Origin: the human T2T-CHM13v2.0 reference genome, Homo sapiens
NCBI RefSeq assembly: GCF_009914755.1
Contig: NC_060945.1
DNA length: 64,000 nucleotides
Direction: 5' to 3' (one strand)
Below are positions 63,409 through 64,000 of this stretch, one piece after another (position 1 is the first letter of the stretch; every line of letters begins with the position of its first letter). The notes beneath the pieces were generated by a model, which worked only from the letters and a program-made list of their open reading frames with translations, made no database searches and was not told where the DNA came from. The translations under genes were made by a program, and so were the position numbers.

Positions 63409-64000
63409 CTACAAATTTAAATACCCAGTTATATTAACTACTGAACTGATGGATAACTAAAGGATATAAAGAATAAAAACCAGTGTGATTCTATAAATCA
63501 TAAGTTTATGTACTTTAAAAATACACAAAATCTCTGAAGTTAAAACATGTTAAAAATTTATATGAATATAAATAAAATCTCAGAGGCAGTTAAACCTATT
63601 TTTCATATCAGAGGCAAAAATATTCATTCGTTTTCTGATTGGTACTATCAGGACCAATTCAAACAGAATCTCCCATAATAGCTTTTCAAAACGTCTTCAT
63701 GATTTTCCAAGATTGCAATTCCTTTCCCTAAAGAAAAAATAAGCAGAGTCTGCCTTCTCCACATTTATTCAAGCTATGTTTGATAATTTATAGAAAACAA
63801 GAATAGCAATGTTACTGGTTTTTCTAATCACCTATATTTCACTCACATGATACAACAAAAAGATTATGTTATTGTGACCAATTTCAAAGCAAAGGACCTG
63901 CCACCAAGAAGAAGGTACTAAAAATCATTTTTCTTCTCTGGAAAAGACTGACTGTCCCTTTTCTCCAACTGGAACATTATTAAAAACACGTGGCTTTTAT

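Overview
Primate, most likely human chr21q22, genomic DNA covering the 3' part of BRWD1 (WDR9) on the minus strand. I traced 22 coding exons by hand from 63408 down to the stop at 8835; all have GT-AG boundaries and consistent phase. They encode the Tudor-like region, both bromodomains and the long S/R/K-rich tail, followed by about 8.8 kb of Alu-free sequence that is probably 3' UTR. The introns are dense in Alu, L1, MaLR/ERV LTRs and Tigger/MER DNA transposons. They also hold two processed pseudogenes: a TIMM9 copy split by nested L1 and Alu insertions, and a METTL21A copy with a 180-codon open frame. Best leads: (1) the last two large coding exons are collinear paralogues from an old exon duplication and share a repeated [14 protein letters not shown] motif, and an internal donor switches the C-terminus; (2) a probable SMARCE1 3'-UTR retrocopy lies in sense inside the BRWD1 3' region (recognised from memory, needs BLAST); (3) there are several local templated-insertion and fold-back scars. 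I see no CRISPR array, RNA gene or novel multi-gene system. Most short ORFs in the track are Alu or L1 artefacts. Repeat family names and boundaries are by eye and approximate.
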